A stretch of 64,000 nt of DNA, taken from contig OZ374559.1 of NCBI GenBank assembly GCA_977862235.1, forward strand, positions 2,790,001-2,854,000, written 5' to 3'. Shown here piece by piece: positions 24,824 through 38,557 of the stretch. A program made the position numbers and the translations under genes. The stretch is from Dudresnaya verticillata. Taxonomy: Eukaryota. The stretch's first letter is position 1. Each line of letters starts with the position of its first letter. The notes below the pieces were generated by a model. The model had not been told where the DNA came from, searched no databases, and saw only the letters and a list, made by a program, of their open reading frames with translations.

Positions 24824-27042
24824 TTATTGTAAAATCTGTTCAGAAATGGCCTTGTAGTGAGCTATTATGTATCTGGAAGTGCTTTTCCCTTCCGCCGTCT
24901 CCAACACCTCTCGAGCGATCACGAGCACGCTGTATACGCCGAACTTCAGCTCATAGAATCTCTGTTCCGACTGGATTAATCCCTCTATGGAGAAGTTGCT
25001 TCCCCCTTGCATTTCGGCTTCCTCAAACCTGCATTGATCGACTTCTTTCGAACATGCTTCATCTGATATTCCAGCCAAGTTGCGACTGCCGTGGCCGGTG
25101 CCAGTCCTGATCGATACATGACCCCGGGAGAAGTTTTCAAAGAGCTGTTCAAACTTCGTGGAGTTGTATCCCTTCTATCGGCACGCATTCACTCTTACTC
25201 GTTGCAGGGAAGAACCGTTGCCGGGCACACCGCCCAAATGACGCCATAGTATCCCTTCTCCGTGGGATTAAAATTCTTCAGCCGAGCACAGAGTAACTCT
25301 GTTCTGGACTTGCTTGCGAATGATAAGGGAAAGGCTGGAAGGGTACCAGTGTTGCAGAACATGTCCAAGAAACCAGTTAGAAGGCAAATGCTCTGTAAGT
25401 CTTTGCAGAGAAAAGAGCGAGACGTATATTGCAAACAGATTGGTCAATTCCTTCGTGGTGACTTCATCAAGAGTATTGCAAGTCCTCGAACGCTGCTGTG
25501 TGACGAACTTTCTCATCCGACGGTCGCCATGGACCTCATACCATACCAATATTGTTTTGGTGTTCTCAGCGGCGATACTTGATGAACCTGTTTTGGCAGA
25601 AAAAAGCAGAGTTGCTATGTATTCGGGCATTTGCATGCTGTTGAACATGTTTATAACAGCTTTTGCGAATGGAATAGCCATGCCTGCTACTACATATCCA
25701 ACTTCCGCCTCGTTTGACTACTTCGAGAGCTTTTCCTTGAAGCATGGAGAATTCTGCAGAAGATGGCGTTGGTCTTTCCTACTACTACTGCATTACACGC
25801 CACGAAACTACTGATTGGCAAGGGCACAGTCACGTGGAAGTTGTAGACTTCTACTAGAATCTTAATTCCGTCTTGCGAAACCCTTGGGGGCTTGTATAAC
25901 TTATCTTCGGCTTGCATTGCTCCTCTTCCAACTTCCGAGTTGGATGAAATCCATATATTTGAGACGAGCGATCCTGTGCAATCAATAGTCACAACGTAGT
26001 GACATTTTTGCTTCAGTCGTTGAGAAGCAAGGAAAAGCGATAGGGGGTGATAGATGGATACGGAGTCGAGCTCACGTTCGACAATGCCAATTTCATGTAT
26101 CGTACCATGAAACTTATGTTGGAGCGATGGGTCTGCCTTTGCGTCTTGTTCTACAAACTCACGCATAGCTTGCAGTATGTTCTCCGTGCAACTTCGTCCA
26201 ACGCCAAAAGACTCACGCTGTCTCCGATACTGAGCTTGCTGAGCAGCCTTGTTATTAAGGTAACCGAAGCTCCTGTTACCCGACACAATGGACTGTGGGT
26301 CAATACCAGAAGCCGTATCCAAGCATAAAATCGAACGGAGTCTTTCGCGTATCTACGGTTTTGTCTCCGCTCTTGACGTAACCATAACTCTTTTCATCAT
26401 CGTGATGTTCGCATTGGAGAAGCCACACTACCTGAATAGGTATGAATATTTTCTCTGTATTCGAAACATCACAAGAGAATACCGCGAAGTGCATTTGAGC
26501 AGGGCAGCAGGGCAGCAGTGCAATGTACTAGTGCTAAGACTGCAACAAAACATTTTGAAGAAGTCCGCGTTGCCTTTGAAAGTCCCCGTGCATCGCTCTC
26601 TGACCTGCTTCATTCGCTTCGATACACGGCGCTGATCGGCTGGGGCTAGATCCAAATTACTGGGACACACAACTGGAGAGAACCAAGGAGGAATTAAATT
26701 TCGTTCGATCAACCATTTGCGAACCCAATCAGTTGCCTTCATAGCTACCTGCTCCGAAGACCCTTCGTCCCTTTCGTACACCCATCTCTTCTCAACTTCA
26801 GACCGTGGAAAGGAGTATTGAACCGTGCGTGGAAGCCCATAGATAGTTATTCTATTCTTCGAGTGGAGAAGACCCAAAGAAAGCCACTCGTTTTCGTTCG
26901 CAGTGTTGGAACCCAGCAGATTAGAAAGCTCAACTGGGGAGAGCCCTCCGAACATGTACAAGCCAACTTTTGTGTCAATTCCATCCCTTTCCTGAAGCTG
27001 CTGCTTCTCCTCTTCAATGCAAACAGAGTCGTCAGCGAGCAC
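24824..27042 (-). pseudogene. Degraded MULE/NOF-like DDE transposase
   Basis: Fragmented ORFs with TIDCTGSLV (cf. DATG motif), DMAIPFAKAVINMFN...Y and WYEVH (cf. CxxH); many frameshifts. Confidence 0.45.
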
Positions 27043-27572
27043 TGCGAGATTTTCTGCTTCTAGGCTGCTGCCTATTGCAACATCTACAGCTATGTTGCAT
27101 CCTTTCTGAGTGCAGTGGGAGAGTACTTCGAACAGTATTTCAACAACTGGGTGTCTTTTTCGGTTTGTTCCATGCCTCTATGGATGCTCAGAGGTTCCTA
27201 TCTATGCAGTACTGACATCTGTTAACACTGTAGCACCGCTGCCAAGAAATGTTGCACTACCCATCTGATGGGTTCCCAAGCTCTGTTGCCCGTTAAGATT
27301 CATCGAGCAATTGCTCAGCTCCTACAGGTTATGAGAACGCAATTCATAGCGTACGATGACGTCAGTCTGATGTTCTGCGATGGTAAAGATACTGAGCCGG
27401 ACGTGGTGACATTGAAGTAGTTGGAAGAAATAATGTTGCATGCTCGTAAGTACTTACGATTTCAAATTCAAGATGAAACTAACGGTTGTGAAATACCAAA
27501 ATAATTAAGCATGCAAGCATGCGGGACACCAGACTATCAGGACTTTCTGTAGTCTATTCCAACAACTTAGTC

Positions 27573-27615
27573 GCAACTTCCCTTAAATTTTACCGTTAAA
27601 TTTAAGGGAAGTTGC
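27573..27615. repeat. Inverted repeat, 18-bp perfect arms with 7-nt loop
   Basis: GCAACTTCCCTTAAATTT-TACCGTT-AAATTTAAGGGAAGTTGC. Confidence 0.9.
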
Positions 27616-29718
27616 AGCTCAATAACATTCGGAGCTCTGGGATCTGGTAGCTTGTCTGAGCTAGCTCACATCTCAAGACGATCGATTGAAAAGCTTCTTG
27701 CAAATACTTTTGCGTAAGCTTAAGCTTGCCGAATTCAGAGCCAACTGGGATATGGAAACGGATGTCTCTAAGAGTTCAATTTCAGGAAGAGGATCACATT
27801 AATTAGTTTCACAACGGTGGTCGAGGCTGTTTTCAACTCAAAGGTTCCTTTGCATATGAAGGAACAAATTTCGTCTCTCATTGAAATGATTCAAGTTGAT
27901 GGAATTGCAGATATGTCTGCAAAACTAAAAGCTTCTCTCTTGGAAGTATTCTGTTTTGTGCTCAAGCTGATGGCATGGAGATGGTTCTAGATACGGTTTT
28001 AGAACGGGTCTTTCTTTCAGATGACTTCAGTCCAAGAATTCATTTATCTTTTTTCTTGCATTTGTGCCTGTTGTTGCTCCTGTCAAACAATAGGCGGAAG
28101 GTTCTGATAATTGAGGGGAGGACAAAGAGTACTCCGTTTCGAAGAGTAAACCTTCTGAACCGAGCCATTGAAATGTTTCGGCACAGAATTTTTTTTCTGC
28201 GAACAGAGAATCTTATCGAGACGGGAGAAGTTCTGAAATCTCTACATGAAGCTGTGTCCTGTCGTGCTTCACGACTGCGACTGAAAACTATAGCTCGCAG
28301 CAACATTCAGTTAGGGTCTTCGGAGGAGTTGGTGCAGGCATCAGTATTACAGGTGAGCGTTACAGATGTTCTGAAGCTTCAGTTTACTTTGTTGCCAAGC
28401 GTTTCGAAGGAAGAAGCAATCGAGCTTATTTCTATTGGGTAAAACCTTCCTGGTAAAATTTCTCTCGCATGTGAGCATACTGCTACGAGCATCCGAGCCG
28501 TTTCTGGAAGAATAACAGTGACCCGTTCCAAGTCGGTAGGCATTAGCAACCGTGAAATCTGGTAAGAGTTCTACAGTACTGTGTAAGTCACCGCCCTCAA
28601 GGCGAGTGTGAGCGAGAAGTTTACAAGCTGTGGACTATTGAGTTAACTCAACCATGTATGCATACATGCATGGCTATCTAAAAGAAGAATTCAAGGCATG
28701 ATTTGGGCAGGCAAAGGGTATTTACCTTGAGAATTCCGCAGAGTTCTCCGCGGAGAATTCGGAGGCGGAGAATTCAACGCGTCGAAGGCAACAATACTAT
28801 AGAAACAGCTGTGTTACTAGCCGACCGCCGCTCGTGTCGATCGATATGTCGACCTGAATCTACATCTTGTCACGGAGTGTGGAGACCTAAAACAAATCAA
28901 TGATATCATCGCCTGTGTCCACTTGCGGTGTTGACTCTCCGGATCGAGTTCCGGTGAGACTAAGTCGGTGAAGGCCCACCACTTTGCGTATGGTTGCACA
29001 TTTGTCTTTTGCCAGATTCATTTTCATTGGGCGATAATCTTCAAAAGAGTCCTCGAAGTCCTTCCCCGTTATCCCTTCCACCTTCCCGTCGTCGCGTTTC
29101 TGGATAGCACAGCCCTGAGAATTTCATATGCTTTTGAGCGGTAGATGCCATAGTTCTGGATGAGCTTGGATATCACTTCTCTCACAGTAGGAAATCTTAT
29201 ATACACATCTTTCAGGAGCTCCGATTTCGTAACGTTAACAGCTTTTGACGAAGAGCCAGCTCGCTTAACTCTCTTGTTAGCCAGGATGTATTCTTCTTCG
29301 TCAGAGTCTCCAATGACGTTGACTAGAGGCTTCACTAGTTGCCTTTGCGCAGATCGAGGGCGACGGGAGGAACTCACTCTCGCAAGCTCTTCATTTGCCT
29401 GGGCGGAAGCCCACCGTGTGTCACGGAAGTAGTTTGTCACTCTATTAAATGCTGAAGATGAAGCACTAGGCCGACAGTCTTCAAAGATGTCAGTTCGAGT
29501 AATAAATTGACGGGTGCAGCGGCAGGAAAACAGGCTAGAACAGTGGATGTAGAGTGTTGCAAGTGGTAAAAAGGAAGCAGTCAATTGTTGTTGAGTGTGT
29601 GTGTGTTCTTCGATGGCTGGGTCATCCGAAGTACGAGCTTTGGTCAATATAAATAGACCAAAGTACTACGAAAGCTATTCAAACTATGTACAAAGACTCA
29701 AAGAAACATAAACAGAAC

Positions 29719-31489
29719 CAGGCGTGTATGTCAAATCTTCATCGGCAATAACTGTGCCTGTATCTTCATAATTGTCAATAGTGGCTTCTTGTACTGTAGC
29801 ACGTTCATCATCTCCTACAACAGGAGATTCTGTAACACCGTACCCGTCCGAAACATCATCTTCGTCTTTAAAGTTACCATCATCTTGATTGCCATTTATG
29901 TGGTATGTATCCACAGTGTCGTCATCATTATCGGCGACCATCTGGTCAAATGTGTCCAGTAGCTCTTCAGAACAGGCATCAATAGCCTCTTGAATTAAGG
30001 TTGAAAAATAGGCACTGCTAGGTAGTGCAGGTCGGATGTCTTCGACAGCAGCAGATAAGGTACGACCTGTAGTTACTGGAACAGTGACAGTTTTTGCGCG
30101 TCTGTCAATTGATAAAACAGCACGGGGGTTGGTCCAAGCACCACGTTTTTGGTTTGGTTGTTTCAAAAAGATCTCAACAAGATCTCCTACTTTCACAGGG
30201 TTGTCAACGGTAGCCTTGGATCGCAGAATGGATGTGAGTTTTCTTCTTGCGGAAAGCTCTTCATGAGCCTTGATAATTTCATTCGGAACTTTAACCGGAG
30301 CTTGACCAGTACAGACGGGACGTGTATAACCTTTTGCTAGCTCGTGAGAAGATGCAACATCGTTTCCGTATAGGTCGTTGGAAATTCGGATGGACTGTTG
30401 TACAAGCAGGCGGGCATCAGCTTCTGGGTTGGCATGACGAAGACGGTAAAAAACAGATTTGATGACTCGATGCTTCGATTCAATAGCTTTCTTACTCGGC
30501 CGACGCGGAGGCGCACGACGAAACAAAGTTCCAGACCGAGATAAATCTGATTTAAAATCAGCATTATCAAAAGCAGGATCTGCTTGCACAGAAACAGGAG
30601 ACCAAAAGGGTGATATCCAACAGGACTCGTATACACTGATGGAATCTTGCATGCTTTTCGAAGGTGCACAATCACCTGCTGAGTAGCGAGTCTTCGCATC
30701 CATCACGTGAAATGTCGTCTCATTCTCTGGGAAAAAATGATCAACGAATAATAAATCGTTGAAGCCACGAGAGAAATTGTTCAATGAGACACTGCGTGAT
30801 TTTTTAGGAAGGTCAGTTGTGTGGCATGAGCTACAATCGTTCAAAACTTTGGAGAGGTAGGAGACACACTCAGGGGTCCATAATTTGTTGCGCTGGAGAA
30901 GCGTCTTGATATCATAAACATTTGAGTGACCGCAAACATGGCGGTGAACTTTGTCAATAACAGCTTTGAGTTGCTTCCATGACAAATTAACTGAATTTGA
31001 TACCAATGCAGAAACATGAGCATCATGTAGAGACGGCTGTGTAGAAACAAAAAATCTACTAGAGGGTAGATAATCCAACATATCGTGTTTCACAATTGTT
31101 ACCTTATCGGGATTCCCATTCTTATCAGATGTTGGCAGCTGTAGGAAATGCCCTTGAATGTGAATAATGTTACAATGCTTTGTAACGTTTTTTCCAATTA
31201 TCCACTGTGAACATCCATCAATAACAAGATGCCTCACATTCCCCAAAGTACCCGAATCACTACGCATACTGAGATAAACACTAAGAATGCATCGCGGGGC
31301 GCTAGAGTGAGATCCCTGTCCATATTGCCAATAAGGGCGATCAGATATAGACGGCGGCAGGGGTTGAAGTTTCCCATTCCAGGAAGGAATAAGTACTGGC
31401 GCGAGCGATTTTAACTCCACCAGTCCAATGCCAGCATATGGTGCACCATCGTCCAATAGTGGACCGGGGACATTAAGAGGAAGCCCTTT
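29719..31489 (-). pseudogene. pol: Copia Pol fragment: protease plus integrase, truncated before RT
   Basis: LLDDGAPY protease motif; HRHVCGH...CSSC zinc domain; VDHF, ADPAF, IESKH catalytic residues; runs straight into the LTR. Confidence 0.8.
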
Positions 31490-32398
31490 TTAAGGCTGAA
31501 CAGAAACCATATTAAAGTTCATAGTTTTGGTTTGAGACTTTCCTGAAACACTCGGTGATTTTTGCTGTGTGTCGTCTGACTTTGATTTTGAGCACTCTGC
31601 ATCTCCCTCCCAATGACCTTTTTGATTGCATGCTCGGGACGTAGAACGTTTTTTCAAATCAGCAATCTCTTCAGGCGTCATCTCACATATAGGTTTCCGA
31701 TAACCCCGTTTAACTTTCGAACGAGAGCCGGTAAAGCCACTGTTTCCTGATAAAGCAGTACTAGTATTGCGGACCTCTCGAGGCTTGTAGCATGTACGCA
31801 AGATGGAAGCTGTTTCTTCATACTTGATACTGTCCAAAATTGGCTCTGCATCATTTCTTGCAGACGTGCGTGTAGAAGTAGCTGCAAGGATCGAAACACG
31901 CTGATTCGAGTCCAGACGAGAATTCGCCAAGAGCAAGAAAGAACTAATAGATTCCGGTAGCTCGGCTGATGAAGCAGAGGCATTAAAACGGCTCAACTGC
32001 GCATCAAAGCGCTGCTCGAAGTTCTTGAATCCTTCATTCTCACCACGCGTTGTATTTAAAACAGACATAAATTTGTGGAAGACGTCATGTACAACCGCGA
32101 GGGGATCATCCTTGTGTAGTGCCTTTGCTATGAAAAGAGCACCATCTTCACTTTGAATAACATCCGTAGAAAGTTTTTTGACTAGGTCCTGCGCGCGACC
32201 ATATAGCTGTGACTGTAACACAATCTCTTGAAGAGAAGCAGGAATTTTGTTGCTATTCATGTCAGGGAGCCTGTCGTGAAATGACTTCCATAGCTTGACG
32301 GCGTCAAGGTACGCCTCTTGAGTACCACGACCATCAGTCCATGGAGCGTCCTTCAGTGTCCAGGAGAACTTCGGGCGCGAAGGCAGTTCTGGGCCCAT
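31490..32398 (-). CDS. gag: Copia Gag with degenerate zinc knuckle
   Basis: ATG at 32398 inside the PBS; (S)RACNQKGHWEGDAEC knuckle; in-frame TAA separates it from pol. Confidence 0.75.
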   Translation of the reverse strand: MGPELPSRPKFSWTLKDAPWTDGRGTQEAYLDAVKLWKSFHDRLPDMNSNKIPASLQEIVLQSQLYGRAQDLVKKLSTDVIQSEDGALFIAKALHKDDPLAVVHDVFHKFMSVLNTTRGENEGFKNFEQRFDAQLSRFNASASSAELPESISSFLLLANSRLDSNQRVSILAATSTRTSARNDAEPILDSIKYEETASILRTCYKPREVRNTSTALSGNSGFTGSRSKVKRGYRKPICEMTPEEIADLKKRSTSRACNQKGHWEGDAECSKSKSDDTQQKSPSVSGKSQTKTMNFNMVSVQP

Positions 32399-32401
32399 AA
32401 C
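32389..32401 (-). promoter_or_regulatory. Primer-binding site for a cleaved initiator-Met tRNA half
   Basis: GTTATGGGCCCAG directly after the 5' LTR matches the Drosophila copia-type PBS (GGTTATGGGCCCAG). Confidence 0.75.
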
Positions 32402-35400
32402 TAATAAATTGACGGGTGCAGCGGCAGGAAAACAGGCTAGAACAGTGGATGTAGAGTGTTGCAAGTGGTAAAAAGGAAGCAGTCAATTGTTGTTGAGTGT
32501 GTGTGTGTTCTTCGATGGCTGGGTCATCCGAAGTACGAGCTTTGGTCAATATAAATAGACCAAAGTACTACGAAAGCTATTCAAACTATGTACAAAGACT
32601 CAAAGAAACATAAACAGAACACTGCACATAATACCGTGAACTGCCATAAGAGAAAGTTAACCGTAACAATGTAATATTTCAACAGAACAGTATTCCATTG
32701 AACAGAAGAACAAATATCAGCTTGTATAACCGTTTGAACGACAAGCCAGAAGCGGCTGTACAAGCCAAGTTACGCATTTGTACGATGAGCCTCGTGACCT
32801 GAACGGCTTGTGCAAGCCAAGTTATTCATCGAGATGGCCAATTGCCCTTCTTGGTCACGCCGCTTCGACTAGTCATTCTGAGGAACGCCAGTCGTTTTGC
32901 AGATCGAACGTTGCGATGCTTAGACCGTACTCCAGTATGAGGAAGCGAACAACAGTCACTTGAGAGATGTGGATTGAGGCGAAATCTTAATCTGGGCCCC
33001 AGGTGTGGGGCTGATGAGCTGTTGCCGAAACGCCAGACCTAAAATCTGAAGAGAGTTTGGAGAAGACGGAAAGTCTCAAGTTGGAGCATCACTGAAGTCT
33101 GTGGAGCGGATATGAAAACGTTGTCCAGTTCCCATTAGCTTTTCCTTTCGCGACTTCATCTTTCATCAACTTATCAGCTTCTCTAGCAAGGGCTTTTTTC
33201 TTGTTCTCGTCAGGGAAAGGGGGAGGTGGTTTTGTAGCGAATACTATCACGGCTTGTGCACCGAGCATGGTGACGTAATTACGAGACCTTAAGGTCTGTG
33301 GGTAGCATCAATGGAGAGGTTCGTGATCGGTCGATAGTTTGAGTACTCTGCCCGTACGTAATGTAGACGGAATGAGTACTGGTTGACGGCAATGAAATTC
33401 TGAACGCCGAAGATTGGTGACCATGAAATTATCAAGCTTTGAAATGAATCTAGGGCGGGGCGTTGCTGCACAGCGGGAGTTACAAACTTGTTAAGTTCTT
33501 TGAGCGCCTGCCGCTTTCGAGACATCGGTTGAACTCTCGCGCGCACAGGCGCGAAGCTGCAAGCCTTTTTGCAGTTGTTCGACTCTCGCGTCTCGCTGCA
33601 GCATTTAAGCCGTCGTGTGTGACTGCTTTGCGATGTTCCTACTATCACCGCTGCGTTTTCCTAGTCCTTGTCCCGCAGGTCCGATCCAGAGTTGCCCTGA
33701 TTGGACCATGGGCCAAAACGGACCGGGGGGCTCGGTTCGAGGGCAGGGTGCGGGGCTCCATGGGCAATCCGCTGGACTCCGCTGGATTGGTGGGTGGGGC
33801 GCGCCTAACATGAAATAAAACGATGGATATGAGCTCTTTGGAACTGAACAATCTCTTTATAGAAATGCGAGAAGTGCGTTTTTCTTACGGGGAAGTGCAT
33901 CCCAAGTGATGAGTTGTTATGAAGCAAGAAAATATGTGATGAGGTTGCTCAATAGATCCTTGTAGGAATACTGTAGCGATATCGGAACACAGCGAATCTC
34001 GCATCAATACCATAATGCCATTTCCAACTGCCATTTCCAACTGCCTGCGAATAAAGGAGACTAGGGACGCGGGCGCATCTTCAATGGTTCTTTTCAAAAA
34101 CTCCGAGGAGACCTGAATGTAAGTCTCGAGACTGACACGAGACTCTCGTGAGCCGTTTTCCTTTCTTTCCCACCATCCATAAGGAGCCGCATCATCAGCA
34201 CCAGAGAATATCGGAAAACGATTTTGGTGAGTTTTCTGTCGCGCACTTTCAAAAGGATAACATTCGAGTACTGCAGTGGAATCACGAGCAGAAGCATCGG
34301 GTGAGTCGTATGTGCAACAGGCCGGGCGGGGAAAGAGCGCGAGTGTAAACATAGTTGTTTGCATGTCGTGCAGGGTGCTAACTGCATTGCGTCAAAAGTA
34401 GTGATGTCACATATTATTGCGATGTGCCAAACTTGTGCTCACTATGCTAGTTTAGTGCAGTAGTCTTCCACCCGAAATGTGTGCCTGCGACAACGATGTG
34501 CCGAGCTCAAAATAGTTGAGATGCAGCTCGAAGCGCTTGGCAAATGAAGCTAACACCATTGCATGGACGGTTCTCAGTGCAAGTGTATCAAACATTTAGA
34601 GCATTGGCTATCTTTTGCATCACACGCGAGACCGGGAAGGAATGCAGGAGAATGTTCATATCATTGTTGTACGGAAGACACGTTCCAGTTTCATGTCGCT
34701 TGCGAAGTGCCGACAGTCGTGCAGCCAAGTCGGGTGCTGGGAATATAAACTGGGACATGAGGGAGACCATCCGCGTCGCAAATTTGACCTTCGGCACGTA
34801 CAGTGGCGCCCACTGACGATTATATCAGACAGCTCACCGGTTGTATATTCCTACTACACTACTACACCATGCAGCCCTTCCCCGCGCCATACGCTGCAAG
34901 CCTCACAGGCTACCAGCAACCGCAGCGGGTGGTCAGAGTTTCTCTAGCTCGGGAAATCGCGAACATGTGCAGCCAAGTCTCTCAAACACCGAGACGACTC
35001 TGTGTGCCGTCCCGGCGGACCCTCTGTAACGAGGGTCCGTATCAAGGTACTCTTGTGATGCAGCGAGGGCCTCGTTGCTTTGTGCGAGCACCTTGCTACG
35101 ATATCGGTTAAGCTCATGGCGCGGGTGATGATGATGTCTTTGGGTAGAGCTCTGAATAAATCGAGCCAATAAGCTTTCTTGCTATTGGTCCTCATTGCAA
35201 ACTTTCTGCACTGGCGACCAGAGGCCACGCACCTCTATGATAACTAGTTTCAGACTATTTGCCAACTCGAGCACCATCCTGGTGTTCAAGAAAGATCTTC
35301 CAAACCCTCATCAGAGAACATCTTCTCTGCGCTTCATCCATCTGTTCGCTATCTATCGGTGTGTCAGCAGCATTCGATCACCTTGTTCCACCGGGGCGCG

Positions 35401-36049
35401 TTCTGGGAACCTTATCAATGTCTACTGGAAACAACGGCGAGATCCAGCAATTTTCGCAAAATGCTGCAGTATGACAGCAACCAAGAAAGCCTCCCGATTC
35501 TTCTTCAGGATAAACCAAGAATATCTTCCAACGCAAGGCTTTCAAAATGTCTGATGCACACTCTCTGAGGGGTATGATCAATCTTGGAAAACTGCGACCT
35601 GCGGTCCATGAAGAAGGTCTTCTTGATTTCTGTATTGCTCTCGCGTCGGATGTATTCAATCGACGTGCACGGTAATATATGCGTTGCAGAATTATCTTCA
35701 ACGTCGCTGCTTAGGGTTCTAGGCTAGCTGTGCTTGTGTAGCTACAAGTCCATTACGAAAAGCGCTTACACAAAAAGTAATGTTGCGCCCTCCTCCCGGA
35801 CACACACACGGTGGTACAGTACTAATTTTTACCGCACACCTCCAGGAGGGCGCTGCCTTCGGTGTGCTATCGCTGAAATGGGAAAGTTCGCCTGTATCCA
35901 GAGTGTTGGGTTCTGGCTACAATTCCGGTATGCCGTGCGGGGCCTGACAAGACTTCAGGTCATACATTTTCCATGGGCTCCTTCTCTGGGTTTGCGAAAT
36001 ACCCTGAAGCACAGAAAATCGGGTTTGTTCTGAGTGTAGTCTCTCGGCA

Positions 36050-36080
36050 GATCATCATCATCATCACAACTTTATTGAAG
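36050..36080 (-). mobile_element. 3' end of a (TGA)n-tailed non-LTR element
   Basis: Minus strand reads CTTCAATAAAGTTG(TGA)n, the same terminus as at 5246-5277; 5' extent unresolved. Confidence 0.7.
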
Positions 36081-38557
36081 ATTGAGATTAAGCGGCTCTT
36101 GGCTACGATTCATAGGCAAGACTATGATTCATAGACAGGAGCTGCAGAGATTTTGCAGCCAATGCATCATAGCCTATGATTCATTCGCAGCAACAGCTCA
36201 GCACTTATATTGACACATTCTACACGGGCTGCCAATATATTCTATCTCTGTTTGGAGATCTCTTTGTGGACCGATCCTCCCGCTCATATTTGCCGTAGCT
36301 TTCTTTCAAGATTTGAAGCCCAAAACGTTTTGCACCCTGGAAGATCTGGTCTCGGTGTGCTTCAACAATCAGAATGGAACTACCAAGAGTCATGTATATC
36401 CAAGACATTCCATTTGCCCGACAGGAATGGGGCAAGCTTTAACGATAAGTTTGTGCTCGTGGTCACATAGCCTCTCCGTCTATGGTGGTAAGTTGCATTC
36501 TTGTCTCAAAAAATATTTCAGGGGGACCTTCAGAAAGAACAATGGGGAAACCCTTATGGTAGCCGGCAATAGAACAAGCAACGGGGTTGAAGAAGGCTTG
36601 CGTAGACTAACCTTTGCGGCCACACATCGACGAACCAAGGAGATTAAGCGAGCGAAGAGCAATATCTGTGGCTGTTGAGATGGGTGACCGAAACAATTAT
36701 TGGGAAGCGGTTATCGATCGGAACCGTCAAGGACCTATTAGCAGAGTTCGTCGCCTCCTAGTTGGCGCCAATGATTTACAATGCAGCTCATTTGTGTCTT
36801 CATGAAGGGCGCTGTCATTCGGGGGAAGACGTTTCCTGTGATAGTATTATTCCAAACGCAAACTCTCGGCATGTGACGGAAGATGAAAACGCTCGGTTGC
36901 TGCTGATAGAACTCTGCGAGCGAATACGCACAGTGTACATATGCCTATACATTGGGTTGCCTCTTATAGGACACAGTGCTAGAGCAGGTTGATCTTGGGA
37001 CATAAATGTAGTGATTAAGCGTGTCCTATCCCGACCAAATCCTGTGTTCTAGTGACACTGTTTAGCGAGTGTTCAAATCGTGGCCTTCCTGGTATCATGT
37101 AAGGTAAGGCAGTTGGGTGCAGGTACACTACCGCAGTTGTGTGGAAGGAGTGCAGAGTCCGTCAGGCTACTAATTTACAGTAGGAGGCTGGAAAGTTGGC
37201 TAGCTATTACCTCGTAGTTGTGGTTGAAGTACAAGGAACTTCTCCACAAGGAACTTCTCCACTCAAACTGAAGCTTCCTGATTGTCGACGGCAGTTAAAC
37301 GACCACGGATCCGCAGGGCGGGCAGGCCACAGGAGGTTCAGCCTGCGGTCTTCCGGCATTATTGAAAACATCCGAAATGCATGTACTCGTCCAGCTGAAT
37401 ACCCTCACTGGGATAAGCACAAGTACATACAAAAGGGCCGTGAAACAGAAACCACTCTCTAGGGTTTGCCCAAATGAATAAATTCTGGAGACAAGTCCTT
37501 GCGTGTAAAACGGATGACGAGTTGCTAGCAGCTTGCTCGTGGTGAATATGCACAAAAAAAGGAATAGGCATACGGGCTTTCGAGGGTTCGGAGATCGGCA
37601 GGGTGCAACCAGCTGGATGCGAAAACACTGAAAGCGACTACACGCTCTTTCGATCCCGAATGTAGGTGCAGGAATAGTGCTCTTCTACCGAGCTATCCCA
37701 TATCGCATCATGCACTCGGAGCTGTTCTACAGAGCCATTGGTTTCAACACCGCGTCATTGATCCAGCGTTTGCGTTATTCGAAGAGATATTAACCCCTTA
37801 CAATAGTGATGTTGATTTTAATGGCTATTTAGGGTGGTCTTATACAATAGTGGGTCGATCGCTGCACAATCAAACCTATATACCCAAAAGGACCGCCGTT
37901 TGGGCCCTTTACCTCATCATACAAGCAAATCAGATTGACTGTAGTTGTACCATTCCCATCAAGTACGCTTAGAACTCCCAGTTGAACGCTTGCATATTGC
38001 GTGTGAGCAATTTTTGCCTCAGCGTCACCCTTGCGAGAGATTTGTAATTCATTTCGTCGCGCAATATGAAGCAATGTATAAGTCTCTGATTGTGAGGTTC
38101 TTTCTTCATGGACAACGACAATATCTCCGTATCGGTGCTCGACAGAGTTGTGACCGAGAAGAGTACCGTAAGCACAGTATGAATGTCTAAGAAATCACAT
38201 ACACACCATAAACGCACGCAGCCTAATGTTATATCAGACACAGATTCGGTCGCGCTACATATACCTTGCTTGCAAACATGTGGCAATATGTCCCCAACAA
38301 TTCGCAATTCTTGGCCCGGCAACCCCGTCGAGATGCATGTTCTATCTACATGTGCCGAAGATTTTTCAATGGTTATGTAAATATTTCATGAAAAGGAAAT
38401 GATTACTTTATTGGAGAAGTAGTAATCATCAGTAACCATGACTAACCAAGGAAGGCGTAAATGCTAGAACAATTGCAGAGATTGGAGGCGTTAATGCCAA
38501 GTAGAATGGTGTAACGAAGGAAAGAATTTGAAGAGAAAGAGCAGGGCGGGAGGGTGG

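Larger units (their letters stand above)
29500..32621 (-). mobile_element. Ty1/Copia LTR retrotransposon, internally deleted (no RT or RNase H)
   Basis: Apparently identical 219-bp LTR sequences at 29500-29718 and 32402-32620; primer-binding site (PBS) GTTATGGGCCCAG; gag-protease-integrase order; no TSD found. Confidence 0.85.

Noticed and set aside
37230..37262. 15-bp tandem duplication ACAAGGAACTTCTCC
   Set aside because: Could be an excision or repair footprint but is indistinguishable from simple slippage
32622..38375. Many short ORFs
   Set aside because: No recognisable motifs or consistent frame; cannot support a call
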